Positions 13,152 to 24,542 are shown, numbered from the stretch's first letter. The stretch: DNA of 64,000 nucleotides from TPA_inf: Saccharomyces (GCA_000146045.2 BK006938.2:1467934-1531933), one strand, 5' to 3'. The notes: a model not told the origin generated them from the sequence alone. Made by a program: numbers and translations.

Positions 13152-15470
13152 TTAAGTAGTTTGTTCAGTCTTCTTATCGCTGGTAAACATTTTTTGGGAA
13201 TTTGGTTTTAAACTATCAAAAAAATCCTGAAAAAAGTCTTCAAAGGAATTGAATTGGTCGACGTCAGGAATCATGAAGTGACTACTGGACAAGTTCTCGT
13301 GCAAAGTACCAACATTAGTAGGCGAAGTAGCGGGTTTCGCGGCGTGCAGATTTCCTGCTCCTGTGTAGTTATTAGCATTAGTCGACATTTTATCATTATC
13401 ACTATTCTCTTTTGACAAACTGCCAAAATTAATACGAGTCTTACTAGTATCAATTATAGATTTTATGATTTTTCCAACGTTATCAGTAGCCTCATTCATT
13501 TTTTCCCCTATAGTGCTCAAATGCCAGTACACTTTTGTACAAAGACTCAAAACGCGTTGACGTTCAGAAGAATCGAACCAATAAAGATAGTCACAAAGAG
13601 TTAAACAGGCGTAGACTAGTTGATGACAAGTAAAAATCGGAGCACCCCTTATTAACGTTGGCGGTAGTCTCAAAAACCCATTCAACAGCGAAAATGAATG
13701 TTCTTTCATCGTATTAAGAATTAGTTTCAAAAACCTTTGGTTGCTTTTTAGCGTGGAAGAAAATTCTGTGATAAAAGTGCGACATATCATGATATGATAA
13801 AAATCAAATGTGAACAATAGCACGCCCGCGCCATCCTTTGCTAAAAGCTCTTCCCAATTTTTCAGCCAATAATTTAGCTCTGGAAAAACAAAGATAAAAG
13901 TATCTGCGTTACCTCCATATCTGTCATTGTTAAAGTCATCCAAACACTGCGCAAAATAATTTTTAAGGTTTATAAAGATGCCATTTACGATGTCACCTAA
14001 ATTTATCTCACTGATTTTAATGTCATCACCAAAATTCGCCTGAGGAAATTTCGCCACAAGTTTATTAAACTCTTTAAGCATATCATCCTGTTCCCTAATA
14101 TCGCCGTAACTAATGGAATATTCTAAATAGCAGGCAGTTAGTGAATTTAGTATTCTTAGATGATAAAGATCTTCGGGATTATACACTTCTTTTACCAAAA
14201 CCCTATCCTTTATCTGATAAAAATCTATTACATGTAACAAGCTATTGAGCGCAAAATTGCTTAGTACCAGAGAATTAAACTTCAGTTGCCTATATCTCTT
14301 TGCCTTTCGCGAAATATGGAACATACAGCAATATAAAATAGCCTCAATATCAAACGCTGTTAACTTTTCAAACATGGTTAACGTATTAGTGAGTAATCTC
14401 TCCACTAAAGGATACAATATTTCTTGTTCTGCAGCGTATTTATCGTTGTCAGCAAAACTCATAGCGATAATAGTAAAAACACTTGTAATAAATAGGTGTG
14501 AGTGGGCATATTCCACGTCTATCTCTTTTCTCCCACCTGGAATTATCCAGAAATGGGATCTCACCAGAAATTCTTTTGCAAGCTTATGGCATAATTCCTG
14601 ATTATTCTCATAAAAATGGAGAAAGTTCACTCTTGCAACAGCATATGGCCTTTGCTGTCCAGCTAGCTTCGCAGCTTTAGATGTAGCCTTCGATGGAAAT
14701 AGCCTCTCATCAATATCATGTAGCAATTTTAAAGGAGATTCCTTCAACTTAAATCCATTTAAGAAAAGATTTTCTTTTCTATATTCCCCTGTTTTCCTTA
14801 TCGTCTCTGAGCCCGAAGTTAGACGACTATCGTACGTCTTATTTGAGCTGAAATCCACGTTCTGAATATCATCTCCAGGGCCTTTGATATCGCTGTTATA
14901 AGACATCTTTGCTGTGGTGATTATCAAGTCCATTTTCTGGTGTAAAGATTTTATGTGCTCTTCTAAAGATGAAAGCCTTTTATCGATCATGTAATTATCA
15001 AAATTGACCGTTCCATTCTTTTCAAAACTACTTTGGCTTTCGTTGGGAGAGTCCGCATTCAAATGAGAGAAAGAACCAAGGTTGTGATTAATTGAGTTGA
15101 TCTTCTTTAGTAGACCATCCTCACGTAAAGTATTCAAAATTTCATTGTCTTTATTCCTGGCTAAGGAGCAATCAAGCTGCAGAACGTTACATCTGTAACA
15201 TTTTCCAATGAAAGGTTCAAAATCGCACCTTGTCTTCACTCTCCTGCAAGTATCACAACTAAATGTTTTTCTTTTCTTTCTAGGTTTTTTGTTGCCATTA
15301 TTCTTAGGACTGTTCGTTTCACTGCGCTCTTTGGCTCTTGCACTATCCTCTGGGTGGTTTATTATGGATCTGATACTATTTCGCACCTTTCCAGAAGCAG
15401 AATTATATCCAGCAGTCATCGGTAAACCATCTGGTCTGGGGCTTACTGAGGCATTTGAGTTTATATCCAT
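13152..15470 (-). CDS. URC2: Zn2Cys6 binuclear-cluster transcription factor, 772 aa
   Basis: Zn cluster CDTCRRVKTRCDFEPFIGKCYRCNVLQLDC near the N-terminus, with a fungal transcription-factor middle domain. Confidence 0.88.
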   Translation of the reverse strand: MDINSNASVSPRPDGLPMTAGYNSASGKVRNSIRSIINHPEDSARAKERSETNSPKNNGNKKPRKKRKTFSCDTCRRVKTRCDFEPFIGKCYRCNVLQLDCSLARNKDNEILNTLREDGLLKKINSINHNLGSFSHLNADSPNESQSSFEKNGTVNFDNYMIDKRLSSLEEHIKSLHQKMDLIITTAKMSYNSDIKGPGDDIQNVDFSSNKTYDSRLTSGSETIRKTGEYRKENLFLNGFKLKESPLKLLHDIDERLFPSKATSKAAKLAGQQRPYAVARVNFLHFYENNQELCHKLAKEFLVRSHFWIIPGGRKEIDVEYAHSHLFITSVFTIIAMSFADNDKYAAEQEILYPLVERLLTNTLTMFEKLTAFDIEAILYCCMFHISRKAKRYRQLKFNSLVLSNFALNSLLHVIDFYQIKDRVLVKEVYNPEDLYHLRILNSLTACYLEYSISYGDIREQDDMLKEFNKLVAKFPQANFGDDIKISEINLGDIVNGIFINLKNYFAQCLDDFNNDRYGGNADTFIFVFPELNYWLKNWEELLAKDGAGVLLFTFDFYHIMICRTFITEFSSTLKSNQRFLKLILNTMKEHSFSLLNGFLRLPPTLIRGAPIFTCHQLVYACLTLCDYLYWFDSSERQRVLSLCTKVYWHLSTIGEKMNEATDNVGKIIKSIIDTSKTRINFGSLSKENSDNDKMSTNANNYTGAGNLHAAKPATSPTNVGTLHENLSSSHFMIPDVDQFNSFEDFFQDFFDSLKPNSQKMFTSDKKTEQTT

Positions 15471-15861
15471 TTTTTTCCCTGATGTTCAGCAAACCGAAAG
15501 AAATATAAAATACAACTGGGAAAGATGTTTTAATGGTGAGTAAGCAAAATGTGAGTGGTTTTAACCCTAAGGAAGAACCGTATCAAAACACTATTTTTCA
15601 ATTAAATCATCTACCTAATGAGCTCATTTTGTTAAGATGATCTACCATAATAATTATTCAAAAACTGTCAAAATTAAAAGGAGGGTAACAGTTTCAATAG
15701 TTTAACCAGTTTTGGTAATGCCTGAAATAACATAAAAAGCTGATGCTAAGTGGGCTACGCTATGCTCCAGGTGAAGATAATCAGAACACTACATCTCTAC
15801 TGCAAATTTATATCTCATAAGAACTAAATAAAATGGCTAGTATTTAAGTTAATCTTCTAAC

Positions 15862-17370
15862 CTAAAAAATTATCGAGAACAATACCGTGAAAACTGCATA
15901 AACTGACATTTTGAAAGCATCAATAAAAATGTTCTTCGGAGCACTGTTTTCCATCTTCTTTGAACTTCCTTGACTTTTTGCACCATTTTTTCCTTTTTCT
16001 TTCTTTCCATTATCATTGTCAGTTTCCTGCTTTCCTAGTACATTCCCCTCTTCATCAACATTCAGCATTTTACTTTTCATACCAGATGTGCATTCGATTT
16101 TACCGCCTCTTATGATCGAACGACCGGCTTTTGGTGATGTAAATTCTTCACAGTTTAATTCCTCAGATGAACTTTTGATATAAGCGCTACCTTTTACTAA
16201 CTTTAGCTCTGGGAGGTCAATTTTATCAAAGCTACCTTCAAAATATATTGCACCGCCAATTTGCCTCAACTTGGGGAAGAAATCAATTTTGGCAAGCTCT
16301 GTATTGTTAGCAATCATTAGACCCCCTTGAATATCGGTGGCATTCGAAAAGTTTAGCTTTTTCAGATTTTTATTATCTATTAACCCCAACGTTCCTTGAA
16401 CTTTTGCCAAAAGTGGTAGTTCCAAGCTTGAAAATTGATTCTCGATGAACTCTAGAGAACTGTTCACAGAGGAAAGTTTAGCTAGTTTAATTTCTGAAAC
16501 GTCCTTAATGGTCATATTTTCAACCGTGTGTAAGTTGCTCAAATCAAGTTCCAGCTCTTTGGCATTAGAGTGGACGGTTAGTTGTTTAGTAACACTTTCT
16601 AAACTTGCGAATAAATTTTCTAAAAACCTGTTATTGTTGATATTGAAAATATCCACTTTCTTGACGTTATTGAAGTAATCGATGGAGGTTAATGCAGTAT
16701 CAGATATGATAATATTTTTGATCTTTTTAATATTTCCGTTAATGACAACACTACTTAGAATAGGCAAAACTCTCCAATCAACGGTTTCAACTTCTTTTAA
16801 AGCGGGAAAGTCTAATGATACAAAGGAAGTTAGGCTATCCAATTCCAACTTTCCCAAAGACTCTAAATTATAACCCTGGATTCTAAAAATGTGTTTGTTA
16901 TTCTTGATAATAAGATCTCCCTCTATCTCTCTTATTAACCCTAGATCAATAAGAGATCCGCTGTAGTTACTTGATATTTCAATGTTTCCTACCACTTTCC
17001 AACATTTAGCTTGCAGTTCAATCAAATTTCCAGCATTCTCAATATGATACAAGCCTTTTTTACAGTCTTCATCTACTTGTGTTTGTTTTGTTGGAGAAAT
17101 CACCTCAAAATCAGTTTGTTCCTTTTTAGGGATCGTTGCATTAGTGTTAACCAACATAATGTTGTGATCTAGAATATTCGGTCCACCATTAGGTTCAACT
17201 GCAGCGGATGATTTAATTAACTGCAGAAACAAGAATAAAAATCTTAAGATTGTGTTCAACTGGTTCAACATGCTATCCTTTTCTTTTTTTGTAGAAACTT
17301 TGGTTTCTTTATTGACTATTTGAATAACAGAAATACTAGTGAAGAATGTTTGTGTTTTCCAAATTGGCAT
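15862..17370 (-). CDS. SPS2: Sporulation-specific secreted/GPI-anchored leucine-rich-repeat wall protein, 502 aa
   Basis: N-terminal signal peptide, leucine-rich repeats and a hydrophobic C-terminus (GPI signal). Length and position match. Confidence 0.88.
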   Translation of the reverse strand: MPIWKTQTFFTSISVIQIVNKETKVSTKKEKDSMLNQLNTILRFLFLFLQLIKSSAAVEPNGGPNILDHNIMLVNTNATIPKKEQTDFEVISPTKQTQVDEDCKKGLYHIENAGNLIELQAKCWKVVGNIEISSNYSGSLIDLGLIREIEGDLIIKNNKHIFRIQGYNLESLGKLELDSLTSFVSLDFPALKEVETVDWRVLPILSSVVINGNIKKIKNIIISDTALTSIDYFNNVKKVDIFNINNNRFLENLFASLESVTKQLTVHSNAKELELDLSNLHTVENMTIKDVSEIKLAKLSSVNSSLEFIENQFSSLELPLLAKVQGTLGLIDNKNLKKLNFSNATDIQGGLMIANNTELAKIDFFPKLRQIGGAIYFEGSFDKIDLPELKLVKGSAYIKSSSEELNCEEFTSPKAGRSIIRGGKIECTSGMKSKMLNVDEEGNVLGKQETDNDNGKKEKGKNGAKSQGSSKKMENSAPKNIFIDAFKMSVYAVFTVLFSIIF

Positions 17371-17632
17371 TTTCTTTTATAGTCTAAGTAATGCCACAAA
17401 ATATTTTTTTTGAGACGCATCAATGACGGGACAGTAAAGACATAAACGCTCGATCAGAAAAAAAGAATCGAAAAAAAAAGGGAGAAATAAGCAGGTAAAT
17501 AATCAAAAACACATGACTTTTTACTGTTTGTTATATAATTCAATATATCCATCCTTCATTTATTGAAGATGAAAGAGAATGGAAAACAAAAACTCATGCA
17601 TATACACACATTATATATATATATCTATTTTT

Positions 17633-19105
17633 TTAAACGAATCCTTTCTTTATTGCTTCAATTCTTAGTGAGATCTCTTCTATAAAAACCTCATTAAATC
17701 CAGGAACGTTTGCCTCAGTTTTAATGAATTGCTTTAACATTTCATTTACGTATTTTCTTGTTTCATCGTCGCGCGCACGATCATACATTCTGTTGAGAAT
17801 ATGAGATACAATGTTTTTCAAGTAGTCAAACTTTTCTATCTTCAACGCCTGAATATCGTTCTTTTTATGCTTCTTATTATGATTAGAGAGAGGAACTATT
17901 TCGGTCTCTGCTTGAGCATTTGGGCAGCCTGAATCTATATCCATTCCTGAATCAAGCTCGAAAACTGGTTGCGTACATTTTCTAAATGATGAAGAACTTG
18001 GGTTGGTTATCGGCGTTACAGTTTGCCCATGAAGTAAATAAGGACTTTCCATATTTAAAGATGATGTTGGAGAGTCTTGTGTAATGGGAGATAATTCCTC
18101 TTTGGAAATTTGTGTTGTGCTTAGTCTTGTCGATTCAAAATTCCAAAATTCCTTTCCCCTCACTGTGTTGCTGTTTTTATACAAGCGATTTTGAAGAGGG
18201 TATTTGGGAACTTTTGTATATCTCTCCTGAACCTTTTTCTGTTTAATTAGATCAACATCACTTTTCAAGTTCGTTATGGTGATATTCTTAACAAATTCAA
18301 ATGATAACAAGTTATATGCCGATGGCCGATCAGCAGGTGTTTTAACAAGACAACCAGCTACGAAATCCTTTGCTGCATCCGAAAAGGGACCTTGTAATTT
18401 TGGAGGCTTCCTTTTTGGTAAGTTAGTCATAACTTTCATAGGATCATATTTAGATAATGGGGGTAAGCCCTTGAGTAACTCATAGGTGGTGATACCCAAG
18501 GACCATATATCTGCTTTCTCATTATACCCATCAACTTCGCAGCAAACAACTTCCGGAGCCATCCAATACGGCGTTCCTACAAAAGTGTCCCTTTTCAAAG
18601 TGGAACGAATGTGGCCACTTACTCCGAAATCACCCAACTTAACCATACCTTCTTCATTTAGTAAAATATTAGCTGCTTTGATATCACGATGAATTTTCCT
18701 TTGCTCATGCAGGTATTTCAAACCCAAGGTGACTTCATGAATAATGAAGGAAACTTTTTCTTCAGGCAAACCGTTGACGTAACTTCGCTTCAGTAAATCT
18801 GAACATGATCCACCGCCGCAATATTCCATGACAATCCACATAGAGACATCTTCTAACATTGTTGCAATATAGTTTGTAATAAGAGGAGATTTCAATTCCG
18901 CCAGAAAAAAAATTTCCTGTGCTAACAGTTCAATGTCTTCGTCGGAATGCTCCAGGTTGACCACCTTAATTGCCACAATTTCTTGCGTAACTCTATCCAC
19001 TGCTTTATACACATCACCAAAGTTACCTCTGCCAATACATGATTGGATGGAATATAGCTTCGATGGAGGGGTTCTTGACCTAATTGATATTTCTTTGCTT
19101 TCCAT
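17633..19105 (-). CDS. SPS1: STE20/GCK-family Ser/Thr protein kinase of mid-sporulation, 490 aa
   Basis: Kinase motifs GRGNFGDVYKA, HRDIKAANILL, DFGVSG and GTPYWMAPEV. Confidence 0.93.
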   Translation of the reverse strand: MESKEISIRSRTPPSKLYSIQSCIGRGNFGDVYKAVDRVTQEIVAIKVVNLEHSDEDIELLAQEIFFLAELKSPLITNYIATMLEDVSMWIVMEYCGGGSCSDLLKRSYVNGLPEEKVSFIIHEVTLGLKYLHEQRKIHRDIKAANILLNEEGMVKLGDFGVSGHIRSTLKRDTFVGTPYWMAPEVVCCEVDGYNEKADIWSLGITTYELLKGLPPLSKYDPMKVMTNLPKRKPPKLQGPFSDAAKDFVAGCLVKTPADRPSAYNLLSFEFVKNITITNLKSDVDLIKQKKVQERYTKVPKYPLQNRLYKNSNTVRGKEFWNFESTRLSTTQISKEELSPITQDSPTSSLNMESPYLLHGQTVTPITNPSSSSFRKCTQPVFELDSGMDIDSGCPNAQAETEIVPLSNHNKKHKKNDIQALKIEKFDYLKNIVSHILNRMYDRARDDETRKYVNEMLKQFIKTEANVPGFNEVFIEEISLRIEAIKKGFV

Positions 19106-19608
19106 TTTGTGCTATTTTCTTTTGTTGTTTAGTAAATGAATTAGCTAGTAAAAAAACTAAATTTAAAAAGCAAATGCTGGTTTGCTTTCTTTTGAGAAAT
19201 GTTTGCTAAGACAACTGACTAGCCAGGTGTTCACTAAATCGATAATATTGAAAATGGCAAAATAAGAAAAAAAAAGAAGAGAATTAGCTGGCTTTTTTTG
19301 GATAGGAAATATTAAATGAAGCAGTTGGAACCAAGATAATAAACAAAAACAGTATATTAAGTGACTCTTTAGTATATATCTGAACTAACAAGTAAAATAT
19401 CGATGTTAGAAATGGTTACAATAGAAGAAAGTAGTGTCATTCTTTCGCGTCAAAAAAAAAAAATGGAATTTGTGTCTTTTTCGTTTTTATGTGTCATTTT
19501 TTTTTATCCCTGATGCCGCATTGTTCCGAACCTGGGACAGCTCCGAAATATAACTTGAGGAAAAAGTATTAGAAAAGGGAAAAAAATACAGTTAAATTAT
19601 CATATATG

Positions 19609-21057
19609 TTATTTTTTGTCCTTTTTGGCCAATTTTAAAGACTTATGCATTGTTAATAAGTTTGTTGGGGACATCAAATTTTGAGAAGACTTAGGAATGG
19701 AGCTCAAACTCCACCTTTTACTTGCTGAGGCACTTCTTTCAGGTATGTTAACTCTCAAATCGTGTTTCTTATTGTAGGACGAAGCTGAATCTACATTTGA
19801 ATGCATATTTAAATGCGGCCCTGATCTTGGACGAGAAGTATTTACAGCTTGGAATGTTCCGTACATCTCCAACTTAGTTTCCCAATATTCTAAAACCTTT
19901 GGAGACCAATTCGTAGTAATCTTCGGTAAATTATCTATATGAATACCATTGCACAATAAAAATTCTGTAATAAAAAAAATGGGCGTTCCATCAACAATTT
20001 CATAGTGCTTTAGGGAATATTGAAAAATGGAAGAATGGTTTAGATCATTCTGCTCTTTTTCGCTTGCCGTCAATTCTCTTAGGGAATATTTACTTTGGGC
20101 GATGGCTCTTTGCATCATGAAAACACTATCTAAATGGATAGCTTTAATTAAAGACTTCAAAGAAGCCTCTCTGCCTTGGTTGCTGTCGATAACAAACTTT
20201 TTAAATTGATACTTATCAATAATGAATTTGGATCTTTCCGAGTCATCAGAATTTGCAGTTATTTTTTTAACTGGAAAGTTCCTGAGATTGCTTTCATAAA
20301 TGGCATTAACATTACTATTGGAAACATTATTTTGTAAAAGATGCATCAACTCTAACGAGGTGAAATTATCCAGCGTTAAAGATCTAATTTTGGAGATATG
20401 TGAACCCAGAGATCGATGAACGCCCGAACATTTGATACACAATATACACAATAAATTGATTGACACCCATTCTACTGTTGCGGTGCTACCGCAGTCACAA
20501 CACTTCAAATTAGATTTATCAATTTTGCGCACGATTGATAGCAGTTCGTCTCTATTGGAGGCTCCCGCATTAGCAAAAGAGAAATGCTGTGTATGCTGTT
20601 TGGAGGAATCTGTTTTTGTAGGAATACGGTTATTACTATTACTGTTGCTACTGCTACTATGAATGGGATGAGTTTGATGATTGATGTGATGAGAATGCGT
20701 AGATTTGTGTTGGCTCCCACTAAGACGGGTTGATAAATATGTAAATGACAGTTGGGGTGAACGAAATGGAAATCCTGATGGTAAAGAAGGAGGTATTTGT
20801 AGTAATATCAATGATTCTTTCGCGGCCATTAATAAAGCGATGCTTTTTAAAATAACACAATATACCTCAAAACCTCGATCATCCTCGCAGCGGTTCGTTT
20901 GAAATTTACATCGAAGAGATTTAAGAAGAATATTAGTTAACTTTAACGCGTTGTTGCACCATGATGGATACTGTGCTTTTGATGCTGTTCTTGCTACTGT
21001 TCCTTTACTGAACAAAGGCACAACATTTTTGTTGATATCAGTAGTATAAAAATCCAT
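19609..21057 (-). CDS. AGE1: ArfGAP-domain protein, 482 aa
   Basis: C4 zinc-finger ArfGAP motif CCDCGSTATVEWVSINLLCILCIKCSGVHRSLG, plus a Ser/Asn/His-rich low-complexity region. Confidence 0.88.
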   Translation of the reverse strand: MDFYTTDINKNVVPLFSKGTVARTASKAQYPSWCNNALKLTNILLKSLRCKFQTNRCEDDRGFEVYCVILKSIALLMAAKESLILLQIPPSLPSGFPFRSPQLSFTYLSTRLSGSQHKSTHSHHINHQTHPIHSSSSNSNSNNRIPTKTDSSKQHTQHFSFANAGASNRDELLSIVRKIDKSNLKCCDCGSTATVEWVSINLLCILCIKCSGVHRSLGSHISKIRSLTLDNFTSLELMHLLQNNVSNSNVNAIYESNLRNFPVKKITANSDDSERSKFIIDKYQFKKFVIDSNQGREASLKSLIKAIHLDSVFMMQRAIAQSKYSLRELTASEKEQNDLNHSSIFQYSLKHYEIVDGTPIFFITEFLLCNGIHIDNLPKITTNWSPKVLEYWETKLEMYGTFQAVNTSRPRSGPHLNMHSNVDSASSYNKKHDLRVNIPERSASASKRWSLSSIPKSSQNLMSPTNLLTMHKSLKLAKKDKK

Positions 21058-21664
21058 TATTGATGGAACATCCAGAAAAATGTATTCAAAATGACTGGTA
21101 CAGCTACCTTAACCACTCTGCCTCAATGTGATTTTTATCCTCTTTTTCGCTCAAATTTTTACTTTTCTTCTCTCTTCGTCAAGTACTATTATAACGACAG
21201 CGATAGGAAAAAAAACCAACATCGGACGAGAATAAATAATACTTTAGCGTTCAAAATGACATTCCTTTAAAATTCGATATGAAATTTTCCGCGATTAATT
21301 CGCCGAGAATACGACAAAAAAAAAGATAAACATCAGAAAATTCTATTATTAGATTAGATTTTATATTAGATAATGAATTAATACAGGTAATAATTATAGA
21401 GAGGAAATAAAAATAAACAGATAAGTTATTTACATCTTCTAACTAATATTCCATTACAAGTGAACGAACATGAAAAGATCATATAAAACCCTTCCAACAT
21501 ATTTTTTTTCCTTCTTTGGTCCCTTCAAGGAAAGAGCGGTCTTTCTTCTTGTTCTATAATAATATTATTAAAAAAGCACATAAAAACTTGATTGTGTAGC
21601 GATAATAAAAAAATTTTTTCGATATTATAGGAGTATAATGTCTCTAAACTCAAAATTAAAGAAC

Positions 21665-21865
21665 TTAGAATAAGAAAGCGACACCGGCAGCGACGGCAGC
21701 ACCGAAGACACCAGCACCCAAAGCGTTGGAAGCAGCAGCACCAGTGGAGATCTTGGTGCTGGTGGTGTTGGAACCGTTGGTACGGTTGGAACCATTGGTA
21801 GAAACGTTAGCAGCTTGGACAGCGGCAACAGTAGCGAAGGCAGCGACGATGGTCTTGAATTGCAT
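21665..21865 (-). CDS. YDR524C-B: Small Ala/Gly-rich membrane protein, 66 aa (YCL048W-A paralog)
   Basis: The 66-aa [30 protein letters not shown]...GVAFLF has a signal-peptide-like N-terminus and a hydrophobic C-terminus. Confidence 0.65.
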
Positions 21866-22662
21866 TGTTTTGTTGATGATTAGTGTTGATTGAAACTTAT
21901 GTTTAATGATGATTTTCCTCTAAAATCAAAAACAATATTAACTAATAAAGTAAATAATACAGTAGGAGAAGATGGAAAAGAAAATCAAGAATTTCTCGAG
22001 TTCCTTATATATGAGGAGAAAAGCCAGGAAAACCACCGCGATGACACACAGCACCATATCTCATGTAACAAACGTGAAAAAAGCGATGATTTTTTTTCTG
22101 CTTTCTTTTTCTCATTTCTCAAGCGGATATTCCGCTTGCAAAAAGAAAAGGCGTGGCTCTGGTCTTCGCTATTTTGGAAATAAACTTTGGCGTCCTACGC
22201 CCAGAAGCGGCCAAAGCGGCCAATCACGCCCGAAGACGGGACCGCACGGCTCCCAACGAGTCGTTTTTTTGGAACTGAAAAAGGCCCAACGTTGGGCCTA
22301 GGCCCTTACCGCGCCCATTTCGGAAACTGCATTACTTTTTCGGGACGTATTCTCGGGAAATAAGCAGGTCCAGATCCGCGTAGCATGAATGGGGCGCCAA
22401 AACAGTCGCGGGTAACGAAAGAGCGCAACCACGCGTATATTCCGGGCCGGTGAGGGGCAACGCGCATTGTCCCGGGGCGATATAATCCATGTACCGGAAC
22501 CCGCACTTTTTCGACTTTCTTTCCCCTTTTCCTGTCTCCTATTGTGCGAGAAAGGTTTGATTGACAAGAGATCTTTACTGATCGATCTTAGTTAGTCCTC
22601 GAATAAGCATTTTGCAAGTACCAGTCATCGTATTAGAGAACATACAACTTTAGAATTACACT

Positions 22663-22902
22663 ATGCACGCCCGCGACTGGTTTTTAGTTTTTATTGCAAT
22701 TTTCATTCCTCCCTTAGCAGTCTGGCTAAAAAGAGGTTTTTTTACCAAGGATCTGCTCATTAACTTTCTGTTATTTTTACTAGGGTTTTTCCCTGGTCTG
22801 ATCCATGCTTTGTACGTGATCAGCTGTCATCCATATGAGGAGAACGAGGCCCGGTACTCACACCTCTCCTCCTCGGATGATAACTATGGTAGTTTAGCAT
22901 GA
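22663..22902 (+). CDS. SNA2: PMP3/UPF0057-family small membrane proteolipid, 79 aa
   Basis: MHARDWFLVFIAIFIPPLAVWLKRGFFTKDLLINFLLFLLGFFPGLIHALYVISCHPYEENEARYSHLSSSDDNYGSLA, with two transmembrane helices. Confidence 0.9.
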   Translation: MHARDWFLVFIAIFIPPLAVWLKRGFFTKDLLINFLLFLLGFFPGLIHALYVISCHPYEENEARYSHLSSSDDNYGSLA

Positions 22903-23160
22903 GTGACTCTTTCTACGTTATCCTCCTCCGCAGAATTTCGTAATAAGTGATGTGTGGCTCTTTTGCTACCCTTTTTTTTTCATTTCTTTCTTTTTTTTCT
23001 ATTTTATTTTTTCTTTTTCATTTTTCGGTACTTCTATGTACCTGAAATGAATAATAATGTAATGGCAAGCCATCTCATCGCTGTCGGCTAAGTAAATCTA
23101 TAGTTTAATATATTCATTTTCCCTCATTCAAAGAAGATAAATCACTCTGCCACCATCGTA

Positions 23161-24480
23161 ATGGACTTACTGGGCGATATAGTGGAGAAAGATACATCTG
23201 ACTCTGTTGAAAGTAATGACAATGGCACTCTTAGTACCAACAACTGTGGAACGGGATTTCCCGAGTTGTACAAACCCAAGAAAATATCATCTTGGAAGGA
23301 AAGACTAAGAGAAAAAAGAGCCCAAAAGAAAAAAACTAGTGGCAAGGATGCTGAAAAGCAACAAACGAGTACAGACGCCCCACTATCCGAGGCAAAATCT
23401 ATCCATAATGAAAATATTAAAGTTCTGCAGGGAATGAGTGATGAACAAATCGTGCAAGAACGTGAGGATCTGTATAACTCTTTAGATCCCAAACTGATTG
23501 CCAAGCTATTGAAAAACATAAATAAAAGAGCGAAGGACGAAAACAACACTCCATTATTTGCAGAAATAGAAGGCGCTTCTGGTACCTGGGTAGGTGGCAA
23601 CAAGCAAGGCATATACGATCTACCACCGTTAGACGATGAAGATGTAGACGTTGCCTTAGAAATTAGGCCTATGTTAGGCAAAGATGCAAAACATGTTCAA
23701 TTTGAAGAAGCAGGAAAAGAAAAAGACGTGGAAGAAGAAGCAAAAACTAATGATGACGTCGATGATATCGCACCCTTAGATTTCCAGATGGCACAATGCA
23801 TTGATCATATGAAAAATGAAGAGCTATTCAAAGACGTTCATTTTATCAAAGAGGAGAGCCAAAATGAAATCAATTTAGAGAAACTTGATATAAATGATCC
23901 TAATTTCAACGATAAATTACACGAAAAATACTTCCCTGATTTGCCCAAAGAGGTCGACAAATTAAAATGGATGCAACCGGTTCAGCAAAAAACAGACAAG
24001 AATTACATCATTGAAGACGTATCTGAATGTAGGTTTGACTTTAATGGCGACCTTGTTCCACCCACAAGACAAATAGACTCTACCATTCACTCAGGGTTGC
24101 ACCATCACAGCGACTCGCCTGAACTCGCCGGTTACACCATAGTGGAGTTAGAACATTTAGCAAGATCCACTTTTCCTTCTCAAAGGTGCATTGCTATACA
24201 AACTTTGGGGAGAATACTTTATAAGCTAGGCCAAAAAAGCTACTACCAGCTAGTGCCAGAAATAGATGCAGACACATACAAGGAAGACGGAAGCATATCG
24301 AACGTTATGGATAAGATCTATTCCATGTTTTGGGACTTGATTAAAGACGGAAAAGTCATCGAATCCTTAGAAATCTCCTCTGATGAGAAATTCACTAGAA
24401 ATTTGTCAGTCAGAAATTATGCTATTGATGCACTTTGGTTATGGAAACAAGGCGGTGGGGACTTCCGAACCAAGAAATAG
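23161..24480 (+). CDS. RBA50: RNA polymerase II-associated protein (RPAP1 homolog), 439 aa
   Basis: 439-aa acidic/charged ORF; position and length match RBA50. Confidence 0.85.
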   Translation: MDLLGDIVEKDTSDSVESNDNGTLSTNNCGTGFPELYKPKKISSWKERLREKRAQKKKTSGKDAEKQQTSTDAPLSEAKSIHNENIKVLQGMSDEQIVQEREDLYNSLDPKLIAKLLKNINKRAKDENNTPLFAEIEGASGTWVGGNKQGIYDLPPLDDEDVDVALEIRPMLGKDAKHVQFEEAGKEKDVEEEAKTNDDVDDIAPLDFQMAQCIDHMKNEELFKDVHFIKEESQNEINLEKLDINDPNFNDKLHEKYFPDLPKEVDKLKWMQPVQQKTDKNYIIEDVSECRFDFNGDLVPPTRQIDSTIHSGLHHHSDSPELAGYTIVELEHLARSTFPSQRCIAIQTLGRILYKLGQKSYYQLVPEIDADTYKEDGSISNVMDKIYSMFWDLIKDGKVIESLEISSDEKFTRNLSVRNYAIDALWLWKQGGGDFRTKK

Positions 24481-24542
24481 ATAGAGAAAAAAATAATAGT
24501 ACATACAGGTGCGCCGACCAGCGCCTATTCATAAAAACAAGA

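Noticed and set aside
14245-15543. 118-aa and 111-aa + ORFs overlapping URC2
   Set aside because: Antisense to the 772-aa Zn-cluster gene with no features; dubious.
21972-22301. 109-aa + ORF (API2/YDR525W position) and overlapping minus-strand ORFs in the GC-rich island
   Set aside because: No recognisable domain, and it overlaps the unusual GC-rich/palindromic block. More likely non-coding; reported as a finding instead.
23142-23681. 179-aa minus-strand ORF overlapping the RBA50 5' end (YDR526C position)
   Set aside because: It lies entirely antisense to the well-supported RBA50 coding region and its translation is low-complexity; a dubious ORF.
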